Origin: a virus
DNA length: 56,506 nt
Virus record (IMG/VR): IMGVR_UViG_3300029951_000034
Strand: one strand, 5' to 3'
Positions 1 through 9,174 of the stretch are shown here, in pieces (within the stretch, counting starts at the first letter, position 1; each line of letters starts with the position of its first letter). The notes under the pieces are model-generated. The model was not told where the DNA came from. It made no database searches and was given only the letters and a program-made list of their open reading frames with translations. Made by a program: the position numbers and the translations under genes.

Positions 1-126
1 CGGATGACGGCAATCCATTCGGCAAGGGCGAGCCGGACGCTCCGGATGACGGCAATCCATTCGGCAAGGGCGAGCCGGACGCTCCGGATGACGGCAATCC
101 ATTCGGCAAGGGCGAGCCGGACGCTC
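1..126 (+). repeat. Three perfect copies of a 42-bp in-frame tandem repeat encoding PDDGNPFGKGEPDA
   Basis: The unit cggatgacggcaatccattcggcaagggcgagccggacgctc occurs three times. Nt 1-114 are identical to 56393-56506. Confidence 0.95.
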
Positions 127-605
127 CCACCGAAGAAACCGATACCTCCCCCGCCACGCCAGAGGGCGGAGACCTGACGCCAGCCGCCTACACGCCAGAC
201 GCCCAGGTGGGCGACTATCTCAGCTACCACCTGGGCGGCCCGGTCGTGATCACCGGCGGCCCTCGAACAGAAGATCGCAACGACGAAGTGGGCGGGGCCA
301 AGAACTCCGCCCACCTGAAGGGCGAGGCATGGGATTTCAAGGTTCCCGGCCAGGACAATGAGGAGACGGGCCAGAAGCTCGCCCGGTCGGGTATCCAGTT
401 CGACCAGATCGAAATCACCCCCACCCACGTCCACGTTTCGTTTGATCCCCGGATGCGCGGCGAAATCATCCACGTCGGCCGCTATGGCGAGCGACGCAAC
501 GTCACGCCGGGCTCGCCTCGCGACGATCTTCCGGATATCAGCCATATGAGCGATGACGAACTGATGGCTCTGGGGGACGCTGGCGAGCCGACCGATGGAC
601 AATGA
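1..605 (+). CDS. 3' part of a wrap-around internal virion/ejection protein. It has 14-aa tandem repeats followed by an M15/VanY-like (LAS) zinc peptidoglycan peptidase domain. The 5' part is 54397..56506.
   Basis: Frame 3 is open from nt 3 to TGA 603-605. It encodes the same PDDGNPFGKGEPDA peptide as the open-ended ORF at the window end. NSAHLKGEAWD (SxHxxGxAxD) and THVHV (HxH) are metal-ligand motifs. Confidence 0.75.
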   Translation, partial: DDGNPFGKGEPDAPDDGNPFGKGEPDAPDDGNPFGKGEPDAPTEETDTSPATPEGGDLTPAAYTPDAQVGDYLSYHLGGPVVITGGPRTEDRNDEVGGAKNSAHLKGEAWDFKVPGQDNEETGQKLARSGIQFDQIEITPTHVHVSFDPRMRGEIIHVGRYGERRNVTPGSPRDDLPDISHMSDDELMALGDAGEPTDGQ

Positions 606-837
606 CGCCCCCGACATCTTCGCCGCCCTGGACAAGGCCGCTGTCGCTTTGCTGGCCATCGCGGCCAAGGAGGAGGCCCCGGAGGGTGACGACCCCGGCG
701 CGACCATAGGCGAGCGGGTCAAGGCGTTCGACGCGGTTTGGAAGTACGCCCAGACGCGTTCGAAGACCTTGCCATCGGCCACCATCACGCCATTTCAGAA
801 ATTGCAGGCCAAGGCCCAAGGGAGAGGAACAAAATGA
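595..837 (+). CDS. hypothetical protein (80 aa, Ala- and acidic-rich)
   Basis: ORF whose ATG lies 11 nt inside the end of the preceding gene. Codon third positions are GC-rich. Confidence 0.5.
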   Translation: MDNDAPDIFAALDKAAVALLAIAAKEEAPEGDDPGATIGERVKAFDAVWKYAQTRSKTLPSATITPFQKLQAKAQGRGTK

Positions 838-1157
838 GCGAGACGACACGACTGCGCGTAGAGGCGGTGGAAGAACGGCCACGGCCCAAGGCGGTTGAGC
901 CATTGCCGCCGGCTCCGCCGCCAACTCCCGAGCCCCCGGCCTACGAAGTCGAATATTCCGCCATGCTGGCCGCGTTCCGTGCCTTGGGTTATGCGGTGTC
1001 TGGCCGGATGATCCTGCTTCTGGCCCTGATCGGCGCGTTCGTCCTGGCCTGCATGGCGATGTTCGATCCGTCCACAATGCGCCTCTACGTCCTGATCGCC
1101 TTCGCCGCCCTGGTCATGGCGCCGTGCGTGTTGCTGGAGGTTCGCAAGCGCATGTAA
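834..1157 (+). CDS. small membrane protein (107 aa)
   Basis: ATGA start/stop overlap with 595..837. Pro-rich N-terminus followed by two hydrophobic helices (MILLLALIGAFVLACMAMF, LYVLIAFAALVMAPCVLL). Confidence 0.6.
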   Translation: MSETTRLRVEAVEERPRPKAVEPLPPAPPPTPEPPAYEVEYSAMLAAFRALGYAVSGRMILLLALIGAFVLACMAMFDPSTMRLYVLIAFAALVMAPCVLLEVRKRM

Positions 1158-1924
1158 TGGCCTACAATCCCTTCTCCGCCTATCTAACCCGACCGACCCA
1201 GGACACGACCGTCAACCTCAAGGGAGATGCGGCCGGGACGATCAATGTTGTTCAGGGGACGGTGACCACCGCTGATGTCTCCGTCAATTTTCCACCAGTG
1301 ACGGCGGCTGAAGTCGAAATCGCGCTAGGGTTCACGCCGAGTCCAGGCGGCCCAATTACCATTACCGGACAAGGAGGAATTGGCCCTCCAGGATTCGATG
1401 GGAATGACGGCGACGATGGCTGGCCTATCCCCGGCCCTCAAGGCTTGATTGGCCCGGCTGGCGCTATCGGCCTTCAAGGCCCAATCGGCGTTCCCGGTCT
1501 GGATGGAGACGAAGGCCCGGAAGGAATGCCGATTCCCGGACCCATTGGCCCCCAGGGATCAACCGGAAGCACCGGAGCCGCCGGACCACAAGGCTTGATG
1601 GGCGTTCCTGGGTTTGACGGGGACGAAGGCCCGGAAGGCTTCGCCATTCCAGGTCCCGTGGGTCCGACCGGAGCGACGGGCGCACAGGGGCCCATCGGAT
1701 TTGGACCGCCTGGGATAGACGGCGATCAAGGCGACGACGGCTTTCCGATACCGGGACCGCAGGGAGCGACGGGTTCGACGGGCGCCACTGGCCGGATGGG
1801 ACCTCCAGGCATGGACGGTGACGCGGGCGACGATGCTTGGCCGTTCTTCGTTCCGTCGCCAGGGAGCACATCCAGCGGCGCGAGCGCCGGTTATGCCAGC
1901 GCCAGAAGTCTGGCGGCCGTCTGA
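1157..1924 (+). CDS. collagen-like tail fibre protein (255 aa)
   Basis: TAATG overlap with the upstream stop. Long G-X-Y runs (GPQGLIGPAGAIGLQGPIGVPGLDGDEGPEG...) are interrupted periodically by MPIPGP/FAIPGP/FPIPGP. Confidence 0.75.
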   Translation: MAYNPFSAYLTRPTQDTTVNLKGDAAGTINVVQGTVTTADVSVNFPPVTAAEVEIALGFTPSPGGPITITGQGGIGPPGFDGNDGDDGWPIPGPQGLIGPAGAIGLQGPIGVPGLDGDEGPEGMPIPGPIGPQGSTGSTGAAGPQGLMGVPGFDGDEGPEGFAIPGPVGPTGATGAQGPIGFGPPGIDGDQGDDGFPIPGPQGATGSTGATGRMGPPGMDGDAGDDAWPFFVPSPGSTSSGASAGYASARSLAAV

Positions 1925-4653
1925 TGATTCTCGACAGCGCCAGCAAGTCCATCCAATTCAACATCGAGGCGGCGGCCACGACGACGGCGCCCTACGCCAC
2001 GGCGAGTTACGGCGACATCAACCAGACCTCGCAGGCGACCTCGACGCTCTACGAGAACGATGCGCCGGCCAGCGGAACAACGCCGGTCACTCTGGTCTCG
2101 GCCCCGGCTTCAGGAACCGCCCGTTCCGTCGTGAAGATGAGCTTCTACAACGCCGATACGGTGAGCCACACCTTCACCGTTCAGCTTCTCGATGGAGCAA
2201 GCGCGCGCACGCAAATCGTTCAAATCCTGACCGCCGGCCAATCCCTGTTCTACAGATCGGACGGTAGTTGGAGCGTCGGCGCATCGGGGGGGACGGGACC
2301 GACGGGGGCCACGGGTCCGGCGGGATTGATGGGCTTTCCGGGCTTCGACGGCCTGGACGCCGATGATCCGATTCTCATTCCGGGGCCGATGGGACCCATG
2401 GGGCCGCAGGGGATCATCGGCTTTCCGGGCTTCGATGGCGAAGAGGGGCCGGAAGGAATGCCCGTCCCAGGTCCCATAGGCGCGACGGGAGCAGCCGGAT
2501 CGACCGGCTCCCAAGGGTTCACCGGATCGCCGGGGCAGGACGGCCTGGATGGCGATGACGGACAGCCGCCATTCGCGAATCTTACGGCTTCATCCCTGGC
2601 GCCCGGACCAACTGTTGGGCAGGGCTTGCAGGTTGGTCCTGGCGGCCTGATGGCGTGGCTCGCCAACCCGGCCCTCAATGTCAAGGCGTATGGCGCCAAG
2701 GGTAATGGCGTCTATCTGACCGATGGCGCCATCACTTCGGGCCTGAGCGCTCTGACGAGCGCCTCCTACACTTTCGTCGCCACGGATGTTGGCAAGGTCG
2801 CGGTTGTCCAGGGGGCGGCCGCGGCTGGCGCTCAGCTTCACGCGACCATCAGCAGCGTCGCCGCTGGCGCCGCAAACCTCTCCGCCACCGCTGGAACCAC
2901 GGTCACAGCCGCTCAGGTCAATTTCGGGACCGACGATACCACGGCGATCCAGAGCGCGATCAACGCCGGACAGACGAACTGGTATCCCATCGGGGGAACG
3001 AACCAGCAGAGCGGCGCCCGCATCTACTTTCCCGCCGGCCGATATCTGGTGTCGTCGCAGCTGACCGTCACCGGCGACAACATCATGCTGTTCGGCGACG
3101 GTCCGGGCTTCAGCGAGGATTTCGGGAATGTCTTCGCCACAAACTACGCCGTCGATAGCGCCTCGACCCTCGTATGGATCGGCACGGCCTCGACCACCGG
3201 GATTCTGCAAGCCATCCCGCGCCAGACCCTCGGCACGAGCGGGACGCCGCTAAACGGCTTCTGCCTGGAGCGGCTGGCGTTCGACTGCCGCAACGGCGAC
3301 CAGAACAATGGCGCCTTCGGGGTGCAGTTGATCTCCTGCCACGGCTTCCGTCTGTCCGACATCTTCGCCATGGACCCGCTCACGACGGGGTTCGACTTCA
3401 ACGTACTGCCTGCCACGACGACGAATGCGTCCTTCGCGCTACCCCTGTCGGCGGGGTCCATCACGAGCGTCGCCAACGGGGCCAGCGGCACGGGGCCAGC
3501 GTTCCCGGCCAACTCCGGCGGCTCAGGAACAATCATCGTCACCGCAGGCACGGGCAGCACGACCCCCGGCCAGCAGGTCGTAGTCACGTACACCGGCGGC
3601 ACGGCCACCACGTTCACGGGATGCACCGCGTCAGGCTCGGGGACGTTCGCCGTGGGCTCGACCATCCAGATTCTCCCCGGCGCCCAGGACTGCACGCGAG
3701 GCTATCTTGGTCGCTTCGGTGCGCGTGTGCTGGAGACTTCCGGGTGGGGCCTGCGCTTCGACGGCAACCTCGCAGGTCTCGCCAATGCCTGCATCAACCT
3801 CGTGCAGGCCGGGTCGATAGCGTATGGGAACGGAGGGGGCGTAGACTGCATCAACTCGGACACGAACACGTTCGATACGGTGATCTGCAACCGCTCGGGG
3901 ACTGGCGTAGGCTTTCAGATGGGCGCCGCGACGACCGCAGCGGGCGCGAGCAGGAATAACGTCCTCATCAATTGCAGCGCCGGCGCGGGCGGCCTGACGT
4001 GCGCGACCAACACCTTTCCGTCGGGACCGACGTACATCTACAACTACCAGCTCGCCAATGGCGAGCCCGTTCCGACCGTTGGCGCCGGCGCAATCCTGAT
4101 CGGCAACTATAATGGCGGCGCCGGAGGCCCGCTTACCGGCTCGAGCCCCGGTGTCTCTCCGATATCCATGGCGGCGTCCACAACCACGATCATCCAGAGC
4201 CTGAAACTTCCTCCGCAGGGTATCCAGAACGGCCTCTTCGCGCGCCTCCTGTTCAATATGGCGAAGACCAACGCAGGCACGGCCACATGGATCATGGGCG
4301 TCAAGATCGGAGCCACCGGCACGGCGTCCGACGCGACGGTGAACAGCTTCACCTTCACGCCGACGGCGGTCGTCGATACCGGCGAGTTCACGCTCAACTT
4401 CGCGATCAACGCCACCCCGAGCGCCTCGACGTCCTCGGTGATGAACATCTTCCTGAAGCATCAGGTCACTGCGGTTGGCTTCTCCACCGTGCTTGGAACC
4501 ACCAATGTCAATCTTGGGACGCCAGTGAACTTCAATGCCCTGACAAGTGGATTTCTGTTTTTGACCGTCTTCGTGACGACCGGGGCGGCCGATGTCTTCA
4601 ACGTCGTTGCACCCGTCCCGCCGATTGAGATACTCTCAAGCGGAAACTCCTAG
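1924..4653 (+). CDS. tailspike with an N-terminal domain, a collagen-like stalk and a pectate-lyase-type right-handed beta-helix (putative polysaccharide depolymerase)
   Basis: TGATG overlap with 1157..1924. G-X-Y runs at about aa 140-220. NVKAYGAKGNG...TDDTTAIQSAINAG...IYFPAGRYLV is the signature of pectate_lyase_3-like phage tailspikes. The upstream extension in the ORF track (1837) overlaps the previous gene and was not used. Confidence 0.75.
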   Translation: MILDSASKSIQFNIEAAATTTAPYATASYGDINQTSQATSTLYENDAPASGTTPVTLVSAPASGTARSVVKMSFYNADTVSHTFTVQLLDGASARTQIVQILTAGQSLFYRSDGSWSVGASGGTGPTGATGPAGLMGFPGFDGLDADDPILIPGPMGPMGPQGIIGFPGFDGEEGPEGMPVPGPIGATGAAGSTGSQGFTGSPGQDGLDGDDGQPPFANLTASSLAPGPTVGQGLQVGPGGLMAWLANPALNVKAYGAKGNGVYLTDGAITSGLSALTSASYTFVATDVGKVAVVQGAAAAGAQLHATISSVAAGAANLSATAGTTVTAAQVNFGTDDTTAIQSAINAGQTNWYPIGGTNQQSGARIYFPAGRYLVSSQLTVTGDNIMLFGDGPGFSEDFGNVFATNYAVDSASTLVWIGTASTTGILQAIPRQTLGTSGTPLNGFCLERLAFDCRNGDQNNGAFGVQLISCHGFRLSDIFAMDPLTTGFDFNVLPATTTNASFALPLSAGSITSVANGASGTGPAFPANSGGSGTIIVTAGTGSTTPGQQVVVTYTGGTATTFTGCTASGSGTFAVGSTIQILPGAQDCTRGYLGRFGARVLETSGWGLRFDGNLAGLANACINLVQAGSIAYGNGGGVDCINSDTNTFDTVICNRSGTGVGFQMGAATTAAGASRNNVLINCSAGAGGLTCATNTFPSGPTYIYNYQLANGEPVPTVGAGAILIGNYNGGAGGPLTGSSPGVSPISMAASTTTIIQSLKLPPQGIQNGLFARLLFNMAKTNAGTATWIMGVKIGATGTASDATVNSFTFTPTAVVDTGEFTLNFAINATPSASTSSVMNIFLKHQVTAVGFSTVLGTTNVNLGTPVNFNALTSGFLFLTVFVTTGAADVFNVVAPVPPIEILSSGNS

Positions 4654-4662
4654 GAGACTACC

Positions 4663-5067
4663 ATGGCCGCCAACAAGATCATCCGCTTCGGGCCGGTGGC
4701 CCTCTCGACCACCACGACCACAAATATCATCAACCCTCCGACCTTGACCGGCGGCACGGGCCTCGCCGGAACCAACACCAATACCTATGTGGTCCTTCGT
4801 CACGTCAGGATCGCGAACAAGACCACTGCGGCGGCGTCATGCGCCCTCTGGCTCGGCGCGACCGGCGCCAATGCGGCGGGCACCGAAGTGATCGTCGGCG
4901 GCATCGCATCGGCCGGCGCGCTCACCAACGGTGTCAGCATCGCCGCCGGTTCTTATCTGGACTGGTATGGACAACTTCGCCTCGATGTGGCCGACTTCCT
5001 CGTGGGCGGCGCGGGCACGGCGACGGCGCTGACCATCGAGGCCGAGGGTGAAATCGGGATTGTCTAA
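4663..5067 (+). CDS. hypothetical tail-fibre-associated protein (134 aa)
   Basis: ORF starting 9 nt after the tailspike stop, Gly/Ala/Thr-rich. It shares an 'xLRxxxIxNxT...L' type strand pattern with the N-terminus of 5156..5791 and the C-terminus of 9175..9669. Confidence 0.55.
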   Translation: MAANKIIRFGPVALSTTTTTNIINPPTLTGGTGLAGTNTNTYVVLRHVRIANKTTAAASCALWLGATGANAAGTEVIVGGIASAGALTNGVSIAAGSYLDWYGQLRLDVADFLVGGAGTATALTIEAEGEIGIV

Positions 5068-5155
5068 TTATTGAATGGCAATAGAGTAGCATCGTTCAAC
5101 TATATGGCGTCCTGACGATTTATTCGCTACTCTCCGGTCGAGCACGGAGACGAGC

Positions 5156-5791
5156 ATGAAGTTGATGAATGCGGCCGGCCAGAACCGGCATGACACGCTT
5201 TATATCGCCGACGCGACCATCGTCACCGGCGGGACCGCTCAACTCGTTCTCGGCCGCTCGCAGTCGCGTTCGTTCCTGAAGCTTCAGAACCTCTCGGCCG
5301 GCCCGTTGTTTTTCGAGTTCGGCTCGGCCAGGGCGACTGCCGCAGTGTCGGGCGGGGTGGTCACTGGATGCACCGTCACCAACGCCGGCCGAGGCTTCAC
5401 CTACGCGCCGGTCATCGAGTTCCTGGGCGGGGGCGGTAACGACTTCCCCAATCCCAATCCGTCCTATGTCGGCTTGGGCCAGGACGGTGCGCCATCGCCT
5501 TCACACTTTGCCAGAGCCCACTGCGTCATGACCGGCACAGCGCCAAATCTAACCGTGGCGTCAATCGTCATCGACGATCCGGGGGCAAACTATCTCTGCC
5601 CGCCCTATGTGTTCATCCGAAATTCGGACCTCGACCCCAACGGCTCGGCCCTACCATCCGCGACCTCTGGGATGCTGCTTTCCGGTCAGAGCCCGCCCTA
5701 TATTCTAAATGGCACGGCCTGTAATACGGACCCCATTGCGGTCCTGGGCGCATCGACGGGACAAGCGTTCCTGGCGCGGTGGATGTCGTGA
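5156..5791 (+). CDS. hypothetical structural protein carrying one GxG(Y/F) module (211 aa)
   Basis: ORF preceded by GGAGAC. VVTGCTVTNAGRGFTYAPVIEFLGGGG matches the repeat module seen in 6399..9164, 45976..46767 and 47638..50430. Confidence 0.55.
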   Translation: MKLMNAAGQNRHDTLYIADATIVTGGTAQLVLGRSQSRSFLKLQNLSAGPLFFEFGSARATAAVSGGVVTGCTVTNAGRGFTYAPVIEFLGGGGNDFPNPNPSYVGLGQDGAPSPSHFARAHCVMTGTAPNLTVASIVIDDPGANYLCPPYVFIRNSDLDPNGSALPSATSGMLLSGQSPPYILNGTACNTDPIAVLGASTGQAFLARWMS

Positions 5792-6402
5792 ATCCCTTCC
5801 TTACCGTCTTTAAAAACGGCCTGGGGGCAGTCAATGCCGACAACCTGAATACGTTCGGCCAGGTCTGTGTCAATTATGCCCAACTCAAGGGCTTCATCGG
5901 CCTGACCTCCATGCAGGTCTATATGCAGGGGTTCACGTCGGCCGGAGATGGCGGACAGGGGAATTTTGTCTGGGTCGGAACCGGAACTGGGACCGATGAC
6001 GGTGGATTGACCACCATCGTCCCGATTGGCGTCACCCAGGGATACTGGAGTCGACTTTCCCTTGAGAGCGTTCAGCTCTACGTGACCGTATCGCCCCCAG
6101 TCACGTTTTCGATCACGATTGGGCCAGCCTATAATCAGAACTATATCCCCTTCAGCTATAGCGCGCCCACCCAGAACACCCTTTCGGCGTCGGCGGCCCT
6201 GGGGACATCCTTCGGCGGCTTTCAATTTGGTTCGGGACAAGTCCAGTTCGTGGCCGGGACCGGCGGGCAGATCATCAACGAGAACGGATACTCCGCGTCA
6301 TCGCAGCAGTATTCCCCATTCTGGGGAATCGTGGTTCAGCAGAACAACGTAAATTCGGCGGCAACTTGGCTGATGGGCGGTTCGTTGGCCGCGAATATAT
6401 GA
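5779..6402 (+). CDS. hypothetical tail-associated protein (207 aa)
   Basis: ORF overlapping the upstream gene by 13 nt. An alternative GTG start at 5788 would give a GTGA overlap. Confidence 0.5.
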   Translation: MDVVNPFLTVFKNGLGAVNADNLNTFGQVCVNYAQLKGFIGLTSMQVYMQGFTSAGDGGQGNFVWVGTGTGTDDGGLTTIVPIGVTQGYWSRLSLESVQLYVTVSPPVTFSITIGPAYNQNYIPFSYSAPTQNTLSASAALGTSFGGFQFGSGQVQFVAGTGGQIINENGYSASSQQYSPFWGIVVQQNNVNSAATWLMGGSLAANI

Positions 6403-9164
6403 CGAACTCTAGATTTCCTCTCTATCTGACCCGCACCAATGCGCCGCTCAATTCAATCGTGTCGAACTGGGTAGACGCCCTTCCTGGCGCTAGGATTCCT
6501 ATTCCCAGGCTGGAGGTGCTTAACAACGCCGTCATTGCCATGCTCAATGCCGGAATTATCCAGAACTTAGGTCTGCTATATTGGGGGTGGACTCCAGGAT
6601 TGACAAACACCGCCGTCGATTTCATCAACCCCGATATCGTCTACACGATCAACAATCCAGGCGGCAACGCCCTGATCAACAATCCCTATTCTGGAACAAA
6701 GGGAAACGGGACGTCAGGATATTATAATTGCAACATAATTCCTTCGGCCATTCCCGGAGTTGGTCTCGATACGAATAGTTTGTGGATGTACAGTCAGAGC
6801 GATCTTGGGCCGGTCTCGCCGTCTCTCAAGACCCGGGAATGTGGGGCGTCGGTGGACGGTTTTGAGTGGGGATGGAGCGAGCACACCGGAAGTCATGCTC
6901 AATTCTATGCGTTCGCGACGGGTGGCGGTCTGGTCTCCTCCGCTTACGGCGGGGGGTTCAAGGGCTTTAGTCGGACCAGTTCGGGTGGTGGGATCACCTG
7001 TCTGGATGGGGCGGTCATGCCGTGGAACGGGACGGTTGGCGGCTTTCCAACTGGCGATTTCTGTCTCTTTCGGGGGGGCACCAGCAGCACCGAATATAGC
7101 CAGAACAGCCTCTTTGCCGTCGGCGCGGGCGGAGAACTCACCAGCGCGCAATGGGTCGTGCTAAATCAGATCGTCCTCAATATGGTTCTGGCGTTAGGAA
7201 GCTATGTGACCCCGCCCGTCCCGCCAATCATTACCCCGCCCAATGCCTTCACCAACATCAGCTATTCCTCTGTAACTCCCTCGAATTGGATATCTTCGAG
7301 TGGCGTCATCGTGGTCGAAGGCAATCCACCGGCGGACAATTCAACGCCATTGCAGATTGCGTCGTTCATCGTATCCGCTGGAGGTTCCGGCTATTCCACC
7401 ACGCCCTCCGTTATCATCACGCCCTCCGGGGCCGGCTTGGGCGCGGCGGCTACGGCGACAGTCTCAGCGGGAGTGGTGACGGCGATTACGGTTACCAATG
7501 CCGGGACGGATTATTTTCCCCCACCCACCGTGAGCTTCACGGGCGGGGGGGGTAGCGGAGCGACGGCGGTCGCCGTGCTTACAGCCAATACCTACTACGC
7601 GCAATTCCCGCTCACCGTCGCACTCGGTCAAAATCGGGGAACAGCGCTCACATCGACCCAGACCATCGTACGGCCAGCCGAATTGATGTGGAGCGACCGA
7701 TGCACATCCAGCGGGTTTGCCCAGAACGTGAACGAAATTTTCCCGGCGATAATTCAACCGTCCACTGGACTCATCTGCGCCCCCCAGTTTTCGTCCCCGA
7801 CCCAGGCCATGTACGCCACCGCCTGCAAACTGGCCTGGTCCCTGGGGTGGATTCCGTTCAACGAGCCGCGCGATCCCAACGGCAACGGCTGGGGCGACTA
7901 TGCGGCGTTGGCCGGGTTCGACACCACCGGATTGAGTGTTATTGCCGCCTATCCCGCTACTGGTGTCGGCGCGGTCACGGTCACCGCTGGCGGAACCGGA
8001 TATGCGACAGCGCCAAGTGTGGTGTTCGGTGGGGACGGCTCGGGCGCGGCGGCTACGGCGACAGTCTCAGCGGGAGTGGTGACGGCGATTACGGTTACCA
8101 ATGCCGGGACGGGCTACACGCCAGGCCCGGTGATCACCATCACCGACAGCACCGGACCTGGGACCGGAGCCACCGCGACCGTGACAATCTCCGGCGGATC
8201 GGTGACAGGCTTCAACATTACCAATGCGGGAGCCGAATATGTCACGCCCGTAGTAACTATCACGGGCGGGGGGGGTAGCGGAGCGACGGCCACGGCGACG
8301 CAGACATCCGGCGCCATAACCGCCATGGCTGTCAGTGCCGGCGGCAGCGGTTACCCAGTTCCGCTCACCGTGAGCTTCACGGGCGGGGGGGGTAGCGGAG
8401 CGACGGCCACGGCCTATACCGCCAGCCAAGTCCTCACCACCGATGTGAACGCTTTCATCTGTCCCGGCATCCTTCACCGCGCCTATGCGGTAGCCAACGC
8501 GAACACCGTTTTCAATACCCCTCCATATGGGACAGCAAACGGCATCGTCTGCCTGAATACGACCATCCTTGGACTCGGACGAATCTGCGACACAACCAAT
8601 CCGTGGGGAATCGCGTTCGATTTCGAAATGGATGATAGTAGAGGCTCAACCCTAATCCTGATGACTAGAAATCTTTACGCTTCCATGGTTGCTGCCTGTG
8701 TTGTTGGTGGAGTCCAGATGAAGTGTCTGTTCTCCATGGACCCCATCGTTGGCGGGTCCGGAGAGTATATGGATATCACCCCCTCTAACGGTTACCTATT
8801 CTGCCTTTCTTCCACTGAGACGCAATCTGGTCCGACCTCACCCGGATACACGAATATCGTTGCTGGCGGCAATCCGTCTGGCGGCATGTTGGCCTATCTT
8901 AATGCCCAATATAATATCTATGCTGGACCAGGCGGCACAACCCCGATCAATGGCGCCAATTTCCTGATGCAGATGATTGTCGGAGTTCCGGCTATAACGC
9001 CAGACAATGCCCTGATTGCCAGGGACTTCGCTATCGCCAATGGGTTTTCCGGCGTTATCATCATTGGTAGTTTCGCTTCGCCCGGCGGGACTGGCATAGG
9101 GGTAAACGCGAGCGGCTATAATCTCGCCGTCGAGGCGCTCCTGGACATCTCGGCGACCTATTGA
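6399..9164 (+). CDS. large tail fibre/receptor-binding protein with about six GxGY-(GGGGSGATATA) modules (921 aa)
   Basis: ATGA overlap with 5779..6402. Repeated ...SAGVVTAITVTNAGTGY...FTGGGGSGATA... modules. The N- and C-terminal domains have lower GC than the repeat core. Confidence 0.7.
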   Translation: MTNSRFPLYLTRTNAPLNSIVSNWVDALPGARIPIPRLEVLNNAVIAMLNAGIIQNLGLLYWGWTPGLTNTAVDFINPDIVYTINNPGGNALINNPYSGTKGNGTSGYYNCNIIPSAIPGVGLDTNSLWMYSQSDLGPVSPSLKTRECGASVDGFEWGWSEHTGSHAQFYAFATGGGLVSSAYGGGFKGFSRTSSGGGITCLDGAVMPWNGTVGGFPTGDFCLFRGGTSSTEYSQNSLFAVGAGGELTSAQWVVLNQIVLNMVLALGSYVTPPVPPIITPPNAFTNISYSSVTPSNWISSSGVIVVEGNPPADNSTPLQIASFIVSAGGSGYSTTPSVIITPSGAGLGAAATATVSAGVVTAITVTNAGTDYFPPPTVSFTGGGGSGATAVAVLTANTYYAQFPLTVALGQNRGTALTSTQTIVRPAELMWSDRCTSSGFAQNVNEIFPAIIQPSTGLICAPQFSSPTQAMYATACKLAWSLGWIPFNEPRDPNGNGWGDYAALAGFDTTGLSVIAAYPATGVGAVTVTAGGTGYATAPSVVFGGDGSGAAATATVSAGVVTAITVTNAGTGYTPGPVITITDSTGPGTGATATVTISGGSVTGFNITNAGAEYVTPVVTITGGGGSGATATATQTSGAITAMAVSAGGSGYPVPLTVSFTGGGGSGATATAYTASQVLTTDVNAFICPGILHRAYAVANANTVFNTPPYGTANGIVCLNTTILGLGRICDTTNPWGIAFDFEMDDSRGSTLILMTRNLYASMVAACVVGGVQMKCLFSMDPIVGGSGEYMDITPSNGYLFCLSSTETQSGPTSPGYTNIVAGGNPSGGMLAYLNAQYNIYAGPGGTTPINGANFLMQMIVGVPAITPDNALIARDFAIANGFSGVIIIGSFASPGGTGIGVNASGYNLAVEALLDISATY
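7439..7509 (+). repeat. 71-bp perfect direct repeat, copy 1 (intragenic)
   Basis: gggcgcggcggctacggcgacagtctcagcgggagtggtgacggcgattacggttaccaatgccgggacgg is identical to 8042..8112. The offset of 603 bp keeps the reading frame. Confidence 0.9.
8042..8112 (+). repeat. 71-bp perfect direct repeat, copy 2 (intragenic)
   Basis: Identical to 7439..7509. Confidence 0.9.
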
Positions 9165-9174
9165 GGAGATCGAC

